The notes below the pieces were generated by a model. It was not told the DNA's origin. It saw only the letters and a program-made list of their open reading frames with translations, and did no database searches. A stretch of 64,000 bases of DNA. It comes from Patescibacteria group bacterium (lineage in GTDB: Bacteria > Patescibacteriota > Minisyncoccia > Portnoybacterales > UBA2143). The stretch is from NCBI GenBank assembly GCA_018830295.1, contig JAHJSM010000001.1:257980-321979 (forward strand), read 5' to 3'. Below, piece after piece: positions 17,722 through 27,758 of this stretch. Position 1 is the stretch's first letter. The number at the start of each line of letters is the position of its first letter. The position numbers and the translations under genes were made by a program.

Positions 17722-17803
17722 TCGGAGAACGATTGTTTCCGTGCTTGACAACTATAAGCATAACAAAGTAACAAATATTGTCAAGCCCAATTATCCACAT
17801 CGC

Positions 17804-18475
17804 CTATTTACCCTTAACCACAACCACAAACTCGCCTTTTGTTTTGTCTTTTTCAATTTTCTCAATCACTTCTTTGACTTCGCCTTTGTAAATTGTTTCA
17901 AATTTCTTTGTTATTTCTCGGCAGACGACAATTTGCCTTTCGGGCTCTAAAACACTTTCTAATTCTCGCAGCGTTTTTAAAATTCTGTGGCAGGATTCGT
18001 AGAAGACAACTGTGTGCTTTGAATTGGCGACTTCTTCAAAAAACTTTTTTCTTTTCTTTTTCACGGGCGGGAAGCCGAGGAAAACAAACTTATCCGCTGA
18101 AAAGCCGGAAACGCTTAAAGCGGCGATTAGCGCCGATGGTCCGGGGATGGGAATAACCTCCAAATCGGGCATTTGCTCAAACAAAAATTCAATTAACTTC
18201 GCGCCCGGGTCGCTAATTGAAGGCGTCCCCGCGTCCGAAATTAAAGCCAGGTCATTCCCTTCTTTTAATCGCTCTAAAATATATTCGTTTTTCTTTAATT
18301 CGCTATGCTGGTGGTAACTAACCGTCGGCTTGGAAATTTCATAACGACTCAAAAGTTTTTGAGCGACCCTCGTGTCCTCGCAAAGAATAAGAGTGACTTT
18401 TTTTAGCGTCTCAATCGCCCGAAAAGAAATGTCTTTCAGATTACCAATAGGCGTCGCGACGATGTATAGTTTCAT
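17804..18475 (-). CDS. rsmI: 16S rRNA (cytidine1402-2'-O)-methyltransferase
   Basis: 223 aa; tetrapyrrole-methylase fold, 'YIVATPIGNL.DIS.RA...L' N-terminus typical of RsmI. Confidence 0.85.
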   Translation of the reverse strand: MKLYIVATPIGNLKDISFRAIETLKKVTLILCEDTRVAQKLLSRYEISKPTVSYHQHSELKKNEYILERLKEGNDLALISDAGTPSISDPGAKLIEFLFEQMPDLEVIPIPGPSALIAALSVSGFSADKFVFLGFPPVKKKRKKFFEEVANSKHTVVFYESCHRILKTLRELESVLEPERQIVVCREITKKFETIYKGEVKEVIEKIEKDKTKGEFVVVVKGK

Positions 18476-18479
18476 AAAA

Positions 18480-19496
18480 CTAATTTCTTTTCTCCTGAAA
18501 ATCCTTCACAAATTCAGCGATCGCCGCGGTGACGGGAACTGATAAAATAATACCCAAGACGCCCGCCAATTTGGCGCCGATTAACATTACAATAATAATC
18601 ACAATCGGACTCAAGCCAACCGTTCTTTTCATAACCTGCGGAACAATGATGTAGTTTTCTATTTGATTGATAATAATAAAAAGAACGATAACCATAAGCG
18701 CTAAAATAGGCGATTGAATAAAGGCCAAAATAACCGCCGGTATCGCCGCTAAAATCGGTCCCATATACGGAATAATCTCAAACAAAGCGGCAATTAAAGC
18801 CAGAACCAAAGCGTATTTTACGCCCAAAACCGATAAACCTATATATGTCAAGACACCAACAATCAGCATTAGTAAAAGTTGTCCCCTCACCCAGCCGCCA
18901 ATTTTAATCTGAACGCGATTAGCTAAATCCGAAAGATAATGCCGATGCTCAACAGGAGTTAGAGAAACCAAAAAATTTTTAACTCCCTTCTCTTGGGTGG
19001 CTAAATAAAAAGAAATAACCAAAACGACAATCGCTGAAAAGAACCCGCCAAAAATTCCTGTAATTGTGTTAAAAACACTTGAAGTGGCTTGAGTCAGCCG
19101 CTCGCTCGCGCTGCCCAAAAAAGATTGGAAATTTCCTTCAATTTGAAATCTGCCCCACCAATCCTGAACGCTCAAACCAACCCTCTCAACAATACTGGGA
19201 AAATTAATAGCCAATTGCTTAATTTGTTCCGCCAACGGAGGAAAAATTAAAGTAATAATTAGGGACAAGAAAGAAAGAAAAAGCAGATAAATAAAAACCA
19301 CACCCAAGAGCCGGGGAATTTTATGCCGATGAAGCCAACTCACCGGGTCATTAACAGCCGCCGCGATAATCAAAGCGACAAAAATAATCGCCAAAATATC
19401 GCGAATCGTATACAAAAAAATCAACCCCAAGAGAATAATAACTGTCCTGAAAATCGTTGAAGTTGAAATATTAATTGTCCGAGAATCGTTAAGCAT
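18480..19496 (-). CDS. AI-2E family transporter (UPF0118/PerM-like permease)
   Basis: 338 aa; about 8 TM helices, C-terminal 'IPY.GP' region typical of the family. Confidence 0.7.
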   Translation of the reverse strand: MLNDSRTINISTSTIFRTVIILLGLIFLYTIRDILAIIFVALIIAAAVNDPVSWLHRHKIPRLLGVVFIYLLFLSFLSLIITLIFPPLAEQIKQLAINFPSIVERVGLSVQDWWGRFQIEGNFQSFLGSASERLTQATSSVFNTITGIFGGFFSAIVVLVISFYLATQEKGVKNFLVSLTPVEHRHYLSDLANRVQIKIGGWVRGQLLLMLIVGVLTYIGLSVLGVKYALVLALIAALFEIIPYMGPILAAIPAVILAFIQSPILALMVIVLFIIINQIENYIIVPQVMKRTVGLSPIVIIIVMLIGAKLAGVLGIILSVPVTAAIAEFVKDFQEKRN

Positions 19497-20771
19497 TTAT
19501 ATTTTTAATATTTTCTCAAACTTATCCTTATCCTTAAACGGTCCGATCATCGCCAGATTTAATTTCTCCGGCTTGAAAATATCTTGCGCGACTCTTTGAA
19601 TGTCATCAACCGTCACTGCCTCCATTTTAGCGAACTTTTGGTCTAGAGTCAAAATTTTTCCAGTCAAAAGTTCCTGAAAAGCGGCAAAAGACGCCCGCTC
19701 ATCAGACGACTCCATCCCAATTAAAGAAGAGCCCCGAATATAGTCCTTCGCTTTTCTTAACTCCGCTTGACTGATTTTTGTCGTAGCGATTTTTTTGTAT
19801 TCATCCAAAATCGTTTTGATCGCCCTCTCCACTTTTTGATTATCAACCCCTGCGTGCGTGGACAAAAACCCTGTGTCAGTATCGCTATCAACGCCCGTCC
19901 CAACATAATACGCCAAGCCCTGTTTTTCTCTAACAGAAATCCACAAGCGAGAGCTCATATTGCCTCCCAAAATTACGCCAAGTAAACTTAAAGCGTACTT
20001 ATCTGGATGAAAAATATTATATCCACGAACCCCTAAATGTAAATGCGTTTGATCCGTTTTTTTGTAATAAACAAGCGATTGCGGTTTATCTTGTTTTTCT
20101 ACAACCGGCAGCTTTCCCACAACCGCCTTATGATTGATTTTCCCAAAACATTTCGCAATCTTCTTAACCGCCTCATCACCATCAATATTGCCCGCGACCG
20201 CGACAATCGTGTTTCGCGAAGAATAGTGGTCTTTAAGATATTGGGCAAATTGCGCTCTTTGAACGCTTTTAATCGTTTCTTCCTCGCCAATAATCCTCCA
20301 ACCCGCCGGCTGATCGCCGTATAAAAGATTTGTCCAAAGGTCATAAACATGACGCGTTGGAGTATCCAAATACATATTTAATTCCTGCAGAATCGTTCCT
20401 CTCTCTTTTTTAATTTCTTTCTCTTCTATTTTTGAATTCAAATAGATATCAGAAACCCAATTCAAAGCCAAATCAAAATGACTCGCGTCAACTTTCGCCC
20501 AATAGCCGGTATATTCCTCCGATGTAAAGGCGTTATACTGTCCGCCAATTTTGTCCAGCGGCTCAATCAATTTCAAAGTGCTCGGATATTTTTTGGTCCC
20601 CTTAAAAAACATATGCTCTAAAAAATGAGAAATCCCGTTAATGTCCTTCGTCTCGTATTTAGACCCCGTCCCCACCAAAACCAAAACAGCTGCCGTTTTG
20701 GTATTTTTAGACGGGACAGTAATAATCCTCAATCCGTTTTTAAGAGTAGTTTTTTTATAATGATTTTTCAT
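19497..20771 (-). CDS. M16 family zinc peptidase (insulinase-like)
   Basis: 424 aa; inverted zinc motif 'HFLEHMFFKGT'. Confidence 0.8.
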   Translation of the reverse strand: MKNHYKKTTLKNGLRIITVPSKNTKTAAVLVLVGTGSKYETKDINGISHFLEHMFFKGTKKYPSTLKLIEPLDKIGGQYNAFTSEEYTGYWAKVDASHFDLALNWVSDIYLNSKIEEKEIKKERGTILQELNMYLDTPTRHVYDLWTNLLYGDQPAGWRIIGEEETIKSVQRAQFAQYLKDHYSSRNTIVAVAGNIDGDEAVKKIAKCFGKINHKAVVGKLPVVEKQDKPQSLVYYKKTDQTHLHLGVRGYNIFHPDKYALSLLGVILGGNMSSRLWISVREKQGLAYYVGTGVDSDTDTGFLSTHAGVDNQKVERAIKTILDEYKKIATTKISQAELRKAKDYIRGSSLIGMESSDERASFAAFQELLTGKILTLDQKFAKMEAVTVDDIQRVAQDIFKPEKLNLAMIGPFKDKDKFEKILKI

Positions 20772-20772
20772 A

Positions 20773-22071
20773 TCACAACCTCTCCCTAAAATAATCTTCC
20801 AACTCGCTTATCTTAATTCTCTCTTGTTTCATTGTGTCGCGGTCGCGGACTGTCGCATCGTTTTGTTCTAAACTGTCAAAATCAACCGTAATACAATAAA
20901 GCGTCCCAATTTCGTCCTGACGGCGGTATCGCTTGCCAATGTTTCCATTATCGTCAAACTCGCAGACATAATTTTGTTTGAGTTGAGCATAAACCTCTCT
21001 CGCTTTTTTAACAAGTTCTGGTTTGTTTCTTAATAAAGGAAAAACCGCAATTTTAACAGGAGCCATCTTTTTATTAAACTTCATCACTGTTCTCGTCCCG
21101 CCCTCGGTTTCCTCTTCCGTATATGCCTCCGCCAAAATAGCGAGCAAAGTCCTATCTACGCCAAAAGTCGGCTCAATTACATGAGAAATAAATCTTTTTT
21201 GGTCTTTATCGTCAAAATAAGTCAAATCCTTCCCTGAATTTTTTTGATGATTAGATAAATCAAAATCAGTCCGATAAGCAAGACCCCACAACTCGTCCTG
21301 ACCAAAAGGAAATTCATATTCTATATCAATCGTCTTTTTAGAATAATGCGCCCTTTCGCCGTCTGGGATATCCATGTCATGCGCTTTTTTTCTATCCAGC
21401 CCGACAAAATCCATAAATTTATACATTTCGCCAAGCCATTTGTTAAAGACCTTTTTCCAATCCGCTTCGGGGGAAATAAAAAACTCTATTTCCATTTGCT
21501 CAAATTCAAGCGTGCGAAAAATAAAGTTGCCCATTGTCATTTCATTCCGAAACGCTTTTCCTGATTGCCCGATTCCAAAAGGTATTTTCTTGTTTGTGGA
21601 ATCCAAAATATTTTTGTAATTAACAAAAATAGCTTGCGCTGTTTCAGGCCTCAAATATGTTTTAACGCCCTCTTTTTCAACCGGGCCGATAACCGTCTCA
21701 AACATCCCGCTAAAAAATTTTTCTTCCGTAAAACCGCCTCCGCATTCCGGACACTTGGACGCGTCCTTTAATTTATCGGGCCTAAATCTTTTGTGGCATT
21801 TTTTGCACTCAACCAAAGGGTCTTTGAACTTTTCCGTATGACCGCTCGCCTCCCAAATTTTAGGACTCATCAAAATCCCGCCATCCAACCCAACCATATC
21901 TTCTCTGTCTTGAATAAAATATTTCCACCACGCCTGCTTAATATTATTTTTCAACTCCGTTCCTAATGGCCCGTAATCGTAAGTATTGGCCAGCCCGCCA
22001 TAAATATCCGAACCAGGATAAACAAATCCCCTTCGCTTGCATAAAGAAACAATTTTTTCCATGGTAATCAT
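20773..22071 (-). CDS. glyQS: glycyl-tRNA synthetase (alpha2 type)
   Basis: 432 aa; class II motifs, zinc-knuckle insertion 'CKKCHKRFR...CPECGG', C-terminal anticodon-binding domain. Confidence 0.9.
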   Translation of the reverse strand: MITMEKIVSLCKRRGFVYPGSDIYGGLANTYDYGPLGTELKNNIKQAWWKYFIQDREDMVGLDGGILMSPKIWEASGHTEKFKDPLVECKKCHKRFRPDKLKDASKCPECGGGFTEEKFFSGMFETVIGPVEKEGVKTYLRPETAQAIFVNYKNILDSTNKKIPFGIGQSGKAFRNEMTMGNFIFRTLEFEQMEIEFFISPEADWKKVFNKWLGEMYKFMDFVGLDRKKAHDMDIPDGERAHYSKKTIDIEYEFPFGQDELWGLAYRTDFDLSNHQKNSGKDLTYFDDKDQKRFISHVIEPTFGVDRTLLAILAEAYTEEETEGGTRTVMKFNKKMAPVKIAVFPLLRNKPELVKKAREVYAQLKQNYVCEFDDNGNIGKRYRRQDEIGTLYCITVDFDSLEQNDATVRDRDTMKQERIKISELEDYFRERL

Positions 22072-22075
22072 AAAA

Positions 22076-23950
22076 TTATTTTATAACCGTCCCTTCTTTG
22101 CGATCTATCTCCGGCTCATCGGGTAAATCGGTGTCAATTTCATCGTCTTCTTCGGTCAACTCCAATCCCGCGAAATTGTCCTGAACGATAACTTTTGATT
22201 GCCCAATTAACTCAACCAAACTGCCTAAATGCGCCAAACTTGGAGTAATAGAAATCTGAAAAGCCGCTTGCTCAACTGGAGACAAAATACCCGTTGCCGA
22301 AGACATATTTCCGACATTCCAAACCAATTTTCCTGTTTGCGGACTGTATTTCAAATTAGCGCTTGACGGACTAAAATTATTCAGCCACTTAACATGAGGC
22401 GGCAAATACGCCTCCACAACGACTTGGCTTAAATCATTGCCCGCGTTGGTTAATTGCCATTTAAGCGTATAAGTCGTTTCTTGTCCAACTTTAGGCGGAA
22501 TCGGACCGCTATTAGAAATCAAATCATCGTAATAATATCCGCGCGCCTGAACGGATAACTGGCTCGCCACTTTGGTCACCAATTCGCTTTGCCCAGCAAT
22601 CTGAATATCTCCCAAAGAAAGAGGTGTTTCCGAAGAATCAATTTTGACCGTGTTAATAATCTCAAAATTCTTGTCGTCGTACTTGAAGACCGGCAGAGAA
22701 TCTTTCACTTTAAGCGAAAATTCAATCACGCCCTCTTGACGCGAAGCAAGATATTCTAAGGCGGGCAAGTTACTCGCGTTCCATGTAATTGTTTGATTTT
22801 CTCCGTTAAAAGACCCTTTATCGCCGATACTTAATTCCGCGAAATCCAAGACCGCGCCTTCTAATTTTGAAGTAATATTAACATTTCTAATGCCGACATC
22901 TGTTGTATTCTGATAAATGATTTGATAATCCAAATCCTCGCCCGCTCGCGCGATATAGTCAGTTTTTTCGTTTAATTTTTGGCTAACAAATAAAGGAGAA
23001 ACAGAAATCTGAAGAGCGTCCGTCGTTTCAGCGTAAGGAACAAATTCGCCATCTTTCAGTAACCCCAACCGCGCTTCAAAAAGCTTGACTTCTCCTTCTT
23101 CTCCTTGGATATCACCCCTAACCGAAATTTTGCCCTGTTCGCCAGATATTAGTTTTTCCAACGACCAAATTTTATCCTCTTCCGAAGGAGACGGGACCGA
23201 CGATTGAAAATTAAATCCCGACGGATATTCAATCTGAATTTGAAGGTCATCAAAAGCGACTTCCGCTTGGTTTGAATAAATTAAAGAAAAATCAAAAAAT
23301 TGCCCGCTGACCAATTTATCGGGCAAATCAAAACTAACCATCAAAGGAACGGAAACAATGACCGATGTAAAACTCGCCTCGTTGAAAAAAAGAGAACTAA
23401 TCCTGCCTGGATAATAATTTAATTCCGCGCGAGCGGCTTTATTCTCTCCCTTTAATCCTATAAGCCGCGCCGGCAATTCAATCTGATTTTCCCCGCCCGC
23501 CGCTAAATTGGGCAAATTGATATTTTCAATTAAATCCTCGCCGCTTAAATGAACCGAGTTTTCTGGATAATAGAATATAAGTTCTATGTCTTTTAATTCC
23601 AATTTTGTATTGTTTTTGTATCTTACAAAATATTTTACTTCATCTCCGCTCACAACGCTTTCGGGGCCTCTGATTTCAAAATCAACTTCATTTTTATCAA
23701 AAGAAAACAACCCTCGCCAAAATAAAAATCCCATAGCGACCAAAAAAACAGCCACAGCCGCGATGCCGCTCATTTTTAAATATTTCTTGCGCTTAGCCGA
23801 TAATTCTTCTCTTTCCTTTATTTCCTCCCATTCTTCCGATTGGACCTTCTCTCGTTCTTTTTCCGACTGAAATTCCTCCGGAAATTCCAGCCGCTCCTCA
23901 AATTCCGCCTCCGGCTTATATATTTTCCTCTTCAGTTCATCTAACTTCAT
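22076..23950 (-). CDS. hypothetical membrane-anchored protein with acidic N-terminal cytoplasmic segment and large repetitive beta-rich ectodomain
   Basis: 624 aa; single TM (~res 60-80); repeated ~110-aa modules; acidic C-terminal tail. Confidence 0.55.
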   Translation of the reverse strand: MKLDELKRKIYKPEAEFEERLEFPEEFQSEKEREKVQSEEWEEIKEREELSAKRKKYLKMSGIAAVAVFLVAMGFLFWRGLFSFDKNEVDFEIRGPESVVSGDEVKYFVRYKNNTKLELKDIELIFYYPENSVHLSGEDLIENINLPNLAAGGENQIELPARLIGLKGENKAARAELNYYPGRISSLFFNEASFTSVIVSVPLMVSFDLPDKLVSGQFFDFSLIYSNQAEVAFDDLQIQIEYPSGFNFQSSVPSPSEEDKIWSLEKLISGEQGKISVRGDIQGEEGEVKLFEARLGLLKDGEFVPYAETTDALQISVSPLFVSQKLNEKTDYIARAGEDLDYQIIYQNTTDVGIRNVNITSKLEGAVLDFAELSIGDKGSFNGENQTITWNASNLPALEYLASRQEGVIEFSLKVKDSLPVFKYDDKNFEIINTVKIDSSETPLSLGDIQIAGQSELVTKVASQLSVQARGYYYDDLISNSGPIPPKVGQETTYTLKWQLTNAGNDLSQVVVEAYLPPHVKWLNNFSPSSANLKYSPQTGKLVWNVGNMSSATGILSPVEQAAFQISITPSLAHLGSLVELIGQSKVIVQDNFAGLELTEEDDEIDTDLPDEPEIDRKEGTVIK

Positions 23951-23955
23951 GGTGT

Positions 23956-24495
23956 CTATTCTACCAAAGAAACCGCCTTTTGTAAAAAAACGCGCGAATT
24001 AATTTCTTCATTCAAAAGCGATTGAACAAAATCAACCGCGTCCGTCCGCTCTTCGCCATAGCCCAAAAAATTCAAAAGTTCGTCCTCAAAATTTTTGACA
24101 ACAGATGCCAAATCGTAATTTTTTTGGTCCAATTGCCGCAAAGAAGATAAAAAAAGTTCCCAAATCCTTTCGTCCTTTTCGGGGCCAGAAACAAGTTTAT
24201 CAGCCAATTCGGACAAATAGTAGGCAGCCGCCAAAGCAGACAAATCGCCATGAAGAAGAGGATAACTCTCAATCGTTTCCGCGCCCGTAATAATATCAAA
24301 ACCCCTCCCCGGCGCGACCATTAAATGGCTCCGCAAAAAAAGTTCCAAATGCCCCCTCAATTTTGATTGGTTTTTCCGAATCGACTTCGCCTTAACCAAA
24401 ATCTTTCCAAAATCCTGCGTATAAACAGTTAAAAGGCGATCAAAATCGCCCAAATCCCTCCTTCGGATAACAACCCCTTCCGTTTTATAAAGCAT
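23956..24495 (-). CDS. recO: DNA repair protein RecO (start re-assigned to internal Met)
   Basis: RecO N-terminal OB-fold 'MLYKTEGVVIRRRDLGDFDRLLTVYT'; the 37-aa N-terminal extension in track ORF 23956-24606 is probably not translated. Confidence 0.75.
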   Translation of the reverse strand: MLYKTEGVVIRRRDLGDFDRLLTVYTQDFGKILVKAKSIRKNQSKLRGHLELFLRSHLMVAPGRGFDIITGAETIESYPLLHGDLSALAAAYYLSELADKLVSGPEKDERIWELFLSSLRQLDQKNYDLASVVKNFEDELLNFLGYGEERTDAVDFVQSLLNEEINSRVFLQKAVSLVE

Positions 24496-24617
24496 AAAAA
24501 TTATTGTGACATCCGATGTCGCAATTAGTTCATCATACAAATAAATTATAGCACAAATCCCCGACAAAAAAAAGACGGCCACTTTTTGTCGTGGCCGCCG
24601 AAACAAAATTACTCCTT

Positions 24618-24812
24618 TTAACTAAATAATATCATGAAAAAAAGCAAACTCCAAGCTAAAATAAGACATACAATTGACAATGCTCTTGCCTCAGAAGATA
24701 CCCTATATTCCCCAGCATCAAAGAATTTCCATGTTTTAAAGTACAAAACAATTCCAATGATTGAAAATATCACTGAAAGCGTTATAGGTATCACAGTCCA
24801 ATTCCAATTCAT
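24618..24812 (-). CDS. small hypothetical membrane protein
   Basis: 64 aa, two hydrophobic helices; weak. Confidence 0.3.
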   Translation of the reverse strand: MNWNWTVIPITLSVIFSIIGIVLYFKTWKFFDAGEYRVSSEARALSIVCLILAWSLLFFMILFS

Positions 24813-24847
24813 ATCGCCCTCCTTTATAATCCTTTTTGGTTTTTTAT

Positions 24848-27748
24848 TCAGTTGTTAAGGTAATTACCCCATTCGGCTTTACCAAAGCCGAATTTTAATT
24901 TCTTAATCCCCAGCCAAATTTTTTCTCCGTTAATAATCGTTTCTTTTTCTACAAGAAAGACCTCTTTTCTTTTTTGGGCTAATTCTATTTTCTCCGCGGA
25001 GGTTTCTTCTTTGATTTCGGAAGCGTGTTTTTGAATTAGTTTTGATAAAGAAGCGTCCGCTGTGTATCGCAGATAGATTCTTTGGCCCGGCTTTAGCCCT
25101 CCGTCTTTTCTCATTCCTTGGATAAAGCGGATTAGATCCCTGATTATTCCTTCGGCTCTTAATTCAGCTGTGATTTTCGTGTCAATTTTAATTTCTTTGC
25201 CTAAAATAACTTTTTTGACATTAATTTCGTCTTTAATTAAATCTATCATTTCTACATCTTTCGCCATTTGCTCGTTATTAATTGCTAATTCGCCTAGTGG
25301 CTGCCTGACTTTAATTCCCGCCGCCGCTCTTTGCGCCAGCGCGGCCGCCGCTATTTGCCTAACTTGCGACATTTTCTCTTCTAATTTTTTATCAATCAAT
25401 TTTTTGTTTACTTTTGGATAATCATCAAAATGAACCGATTGCTTCCCGTTTAATTTCTGATAAACCTCTTCCGCGATAAAAGGCGTAAAGGGAGCGGACA
25501 GCTTAGCAAAAGTCAGCAAAACAAAAGAGTAGGTCTCTTCCGCTTCTTTTTTTTCTTGAGCGTTGGATGGTTTTTGAAGCCGTCTTCGCGAGCGCCTCAC
25601 GAACCAATTGGAAAAATCATCCAAAAATTCGTCTATCAAACGGGACGCTTTCGTTAATTCGTACTGGTCCATCCATTCGGTCATTTCCAAAACAACCGAG
25701 TTAAGCCGAGAGACAATCCACCTGTCCAAAACATTTTTTGGTTTGACGGATTTGGGCGCCTTAAAATTTTTGGCGGTGTATGTTTTGAAAAAAATGAGGG
25801 AATTCCAAAAAGTCAAAATCGTTCGGCGGAATATTTCGGCGACCCTTTGCTCGGAGAAAATATAGTCCTCGCCTATGGGCGTGCTTGAAAGCAAGAAATA
25901 TCTCAAAGCGTCAGCGCCATATTTATTAAAAATGATTTCTGGCGCGGCATAATTTCCTAATTTCTTTGAAAGTTTCGTTCCGTCTTCGCCTAAAACAAGC
26001 CCGTTAACCACAACATTTCTAAAAGCCGGCTTGTCTTTGCCCAACCCGCGATCTTTCAAAGTTAACGCCGTCGCCAAAACAAGCAAAGAGTAAAACCAGC
26101 CCCGCGTTTGGTCCATTCCCTCGGCGATAAAATCGGCTGGAAATGTTTCTTCGACCAATTTTTTATTCTCAAACGGATAATGCCATTGCGCGTAAGGCAT
26201 GGAGCCCGACTCAAACCAACAATCAAAAACTTCTGGCGTCCTCTCCATCCGCCCGCCGCACTTTTGGCATTTGATAAAAATAGCGTCTATAATTGGACGA
26301 TGCAAGTCATCCGTTTTTTTGCCTGACAATTTTTCCAATTCCTTAACGCTTCCGACGCATTTTTGCTCACCGCACTTTTTACACTGCCAAATTGGCAAAG
26401 GCGCCCCCCAAAATCTGTTTCTTGAAATAGACCAATCACGCGCATCTTTTATCCAATTACCAAAGCGACCTTCTTTTAAATGCCCAGGAACCCATCTCGT
26501 TTTTTTGTTATTAGCAACCAATTCTTTTTTGAATTTCGTAACCGCCACATACCAACTATCAATTGAATGGTAAATAAGAGGGCTGTTGCAACGCCAGCAA
26601 TGAGGATAACTGTGGACTATTTTCTCTGCCTTAAAAAGCAAGCCCCTTTTTCTTAAATCATCTTTAATATCTTGGTTCGCTTTTTTGATAAATTTGCCTT
26701 CGCCCGGAATGCCCAAATCGCGAATAATCTTGCCTTCTTCATCAACTGTCACTATAGTCGGCAACTTCTCTTTTTTGCCCAAAGCCGCATCGTCTTCGCC
26801 AAAAGCGGGCGCAATATGAACCATCCCCGTCCCGTCATCAACAGAAACGAAATCGCCCGCCACAACTCGATAAGCGGACTCATTTGTCTTCATTAGATAA
26901 AACGGCTCGTATTCTTTTCCGACTAAATCTTTTCCAAAAAATTCTTCTTTGATCTTATATTTTTGCGCGTCTAAAACTTCCAGCCGTTCTTTGGCTAAAA
27001 TATATTTCTCGCCGTTTAGAGTGACCTTAACATATTTGATTTTCACCCCAACGGCGACGGCCATATTCGCCGACAAAGTCCAAGGCGTCGTCGTCCAAAC
27101 AAGCAGATATGTTTTTTTCTCGTCCTTTAAAGGGAATTTAACAAAAACCGATTCATCTTCAATGTCCTGATAAACATCAGGTTGATTTAATTCAAAATTA
27201 GACAAAGGCGTTCCACATCGCGGGCAATAGGGCGTTACCCGATAATCTTTGTAAACCAATCCATCATCCCATAACTGCTTAAAAACCCACCAGACCGACT
27301 CAATATATTCATTATCCAGAGTCGCGTACGCTTGCGAATAATCAGACCATCTTCCTACCCGCCGCAAAGTCCCTTGCCAATCAGAAGTACACCGAAAAAC
27401 CGATTTACGGCAGGCCTGATTAAATTTCTTAATCCCCATCCCCTCAATTTCCCTCTTATTTTTCAGCCCGAGTTCTTTTTCAATCAAATTTTCCACCGGC
27501 AATCCGTGGCAATCCCAACCAACCCGCCAAGGAACCTGTCTGCCTTTCATTGTCCAATACCGCAAGACCGTGTCTTTGATCGCGCTCGTCAAAATATGCC
27601 CGTAATGAGGAAGACCAGACGCGAAAGGAGGGCCGTCGTAAAAACTAAAAAACCGCTTGCCTTTCTTTTGGGCAATCAATTTGGCAAAAACATCTCCCTG
27701 CCGCCAAAACTTCAATATTCTTTTTTCCATCTTAGGTATCTGGTCCAT
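24848..27748 (-). CDS. ileS: isoleucyl-tRNA synthetase
   Basis: 966 aa; 'PFASGLPHYGHIL' HIGH region, 'KLSKKLGN' KMSKS-type motif, CP1 editing domain, zinc-binding Cys clusters. Confidence 0.95.
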   Translation of the reverse strand: MDQIPKMEKRILKFWRQGDVFAKLIAQKKGKRFFSFYDGPPFASGLPHYGHILTSAIKDTVLRYWTMKGRQVPWRVGWDCHGLPVENLIEKELGLKNKREIEGMGIKKFNQACRKSVFRCTSDWQGTLRRVGRWSDYSQAYATLDNEYIESVWWVFKQLWDDGLVYKDYRVTPYCPRCGTPLSNFELNQPDVYQDIEDESVFVKFPLKDEKKTYLLVWTTTPWTLSANMAVAVGVKIKYVKVTLNGEKYILAKERLEVLDAQKYKIKEEFFGKDLVGKEYEPFYLMKTNESAYRVVAGDFVSVDDGTGMVHIAPAFGEDDAALGKKEKLPTIVTVDEEGKIIRDLGIPGEGKFIKKANQDIKDDLRKRGLLFKAEKIVHSYPHCWRCNSPLIYHSIDSWYVAVTKFKKELVANNKKTRWVPGHLKEGRFGNWIKDARDWSISRNRFWGAPLPIWQCKKCGEQKCVGSVKELEKLSGKKTDDLHRPIIDAIFIKCQKCGGRMERTPEVFDCWFESGSMPYAQWHYPFENKKLVEETFPADFIAEGMDQTRGWFYSLLVLATALTLKDRGLGKDKPAFRNVVVNGLVLGEDGTKLSKKLGNYAAPEIIFNKYGADALRYFLLSSTPIGEDYIFSEQRVAEIFRRTILTFWNSLIFFKTYTAKNFKAPKSVKPKNVLDRWIVSRLNSVVLEMTEWMDQYELTKASRLIDEFLDDFSNWFVRRSRRRLQKPSNAQEKKEAEETYSFVLLTFAKLSAPFTPFIAEEVYQKLNGKQSVHFDDYPKVNKKLIDKKLEEKMSQVRQIAAAALAQRAAAGIKVRQPLGELAINNEQMAKDVEMIDLIKDEINVKKVILGKEIKIDTKITAELRAEGIIRDLIRFIQGMRKDGGLKPGQRIYLRYTADASLSKLIQKHASEIKEETSAEKIELAQKRKEVFLVEKETIINGEKIWLGIKKLKFGFGKAEWGNYLNN

Positions 27749-27758
27749 AATTATAAAA

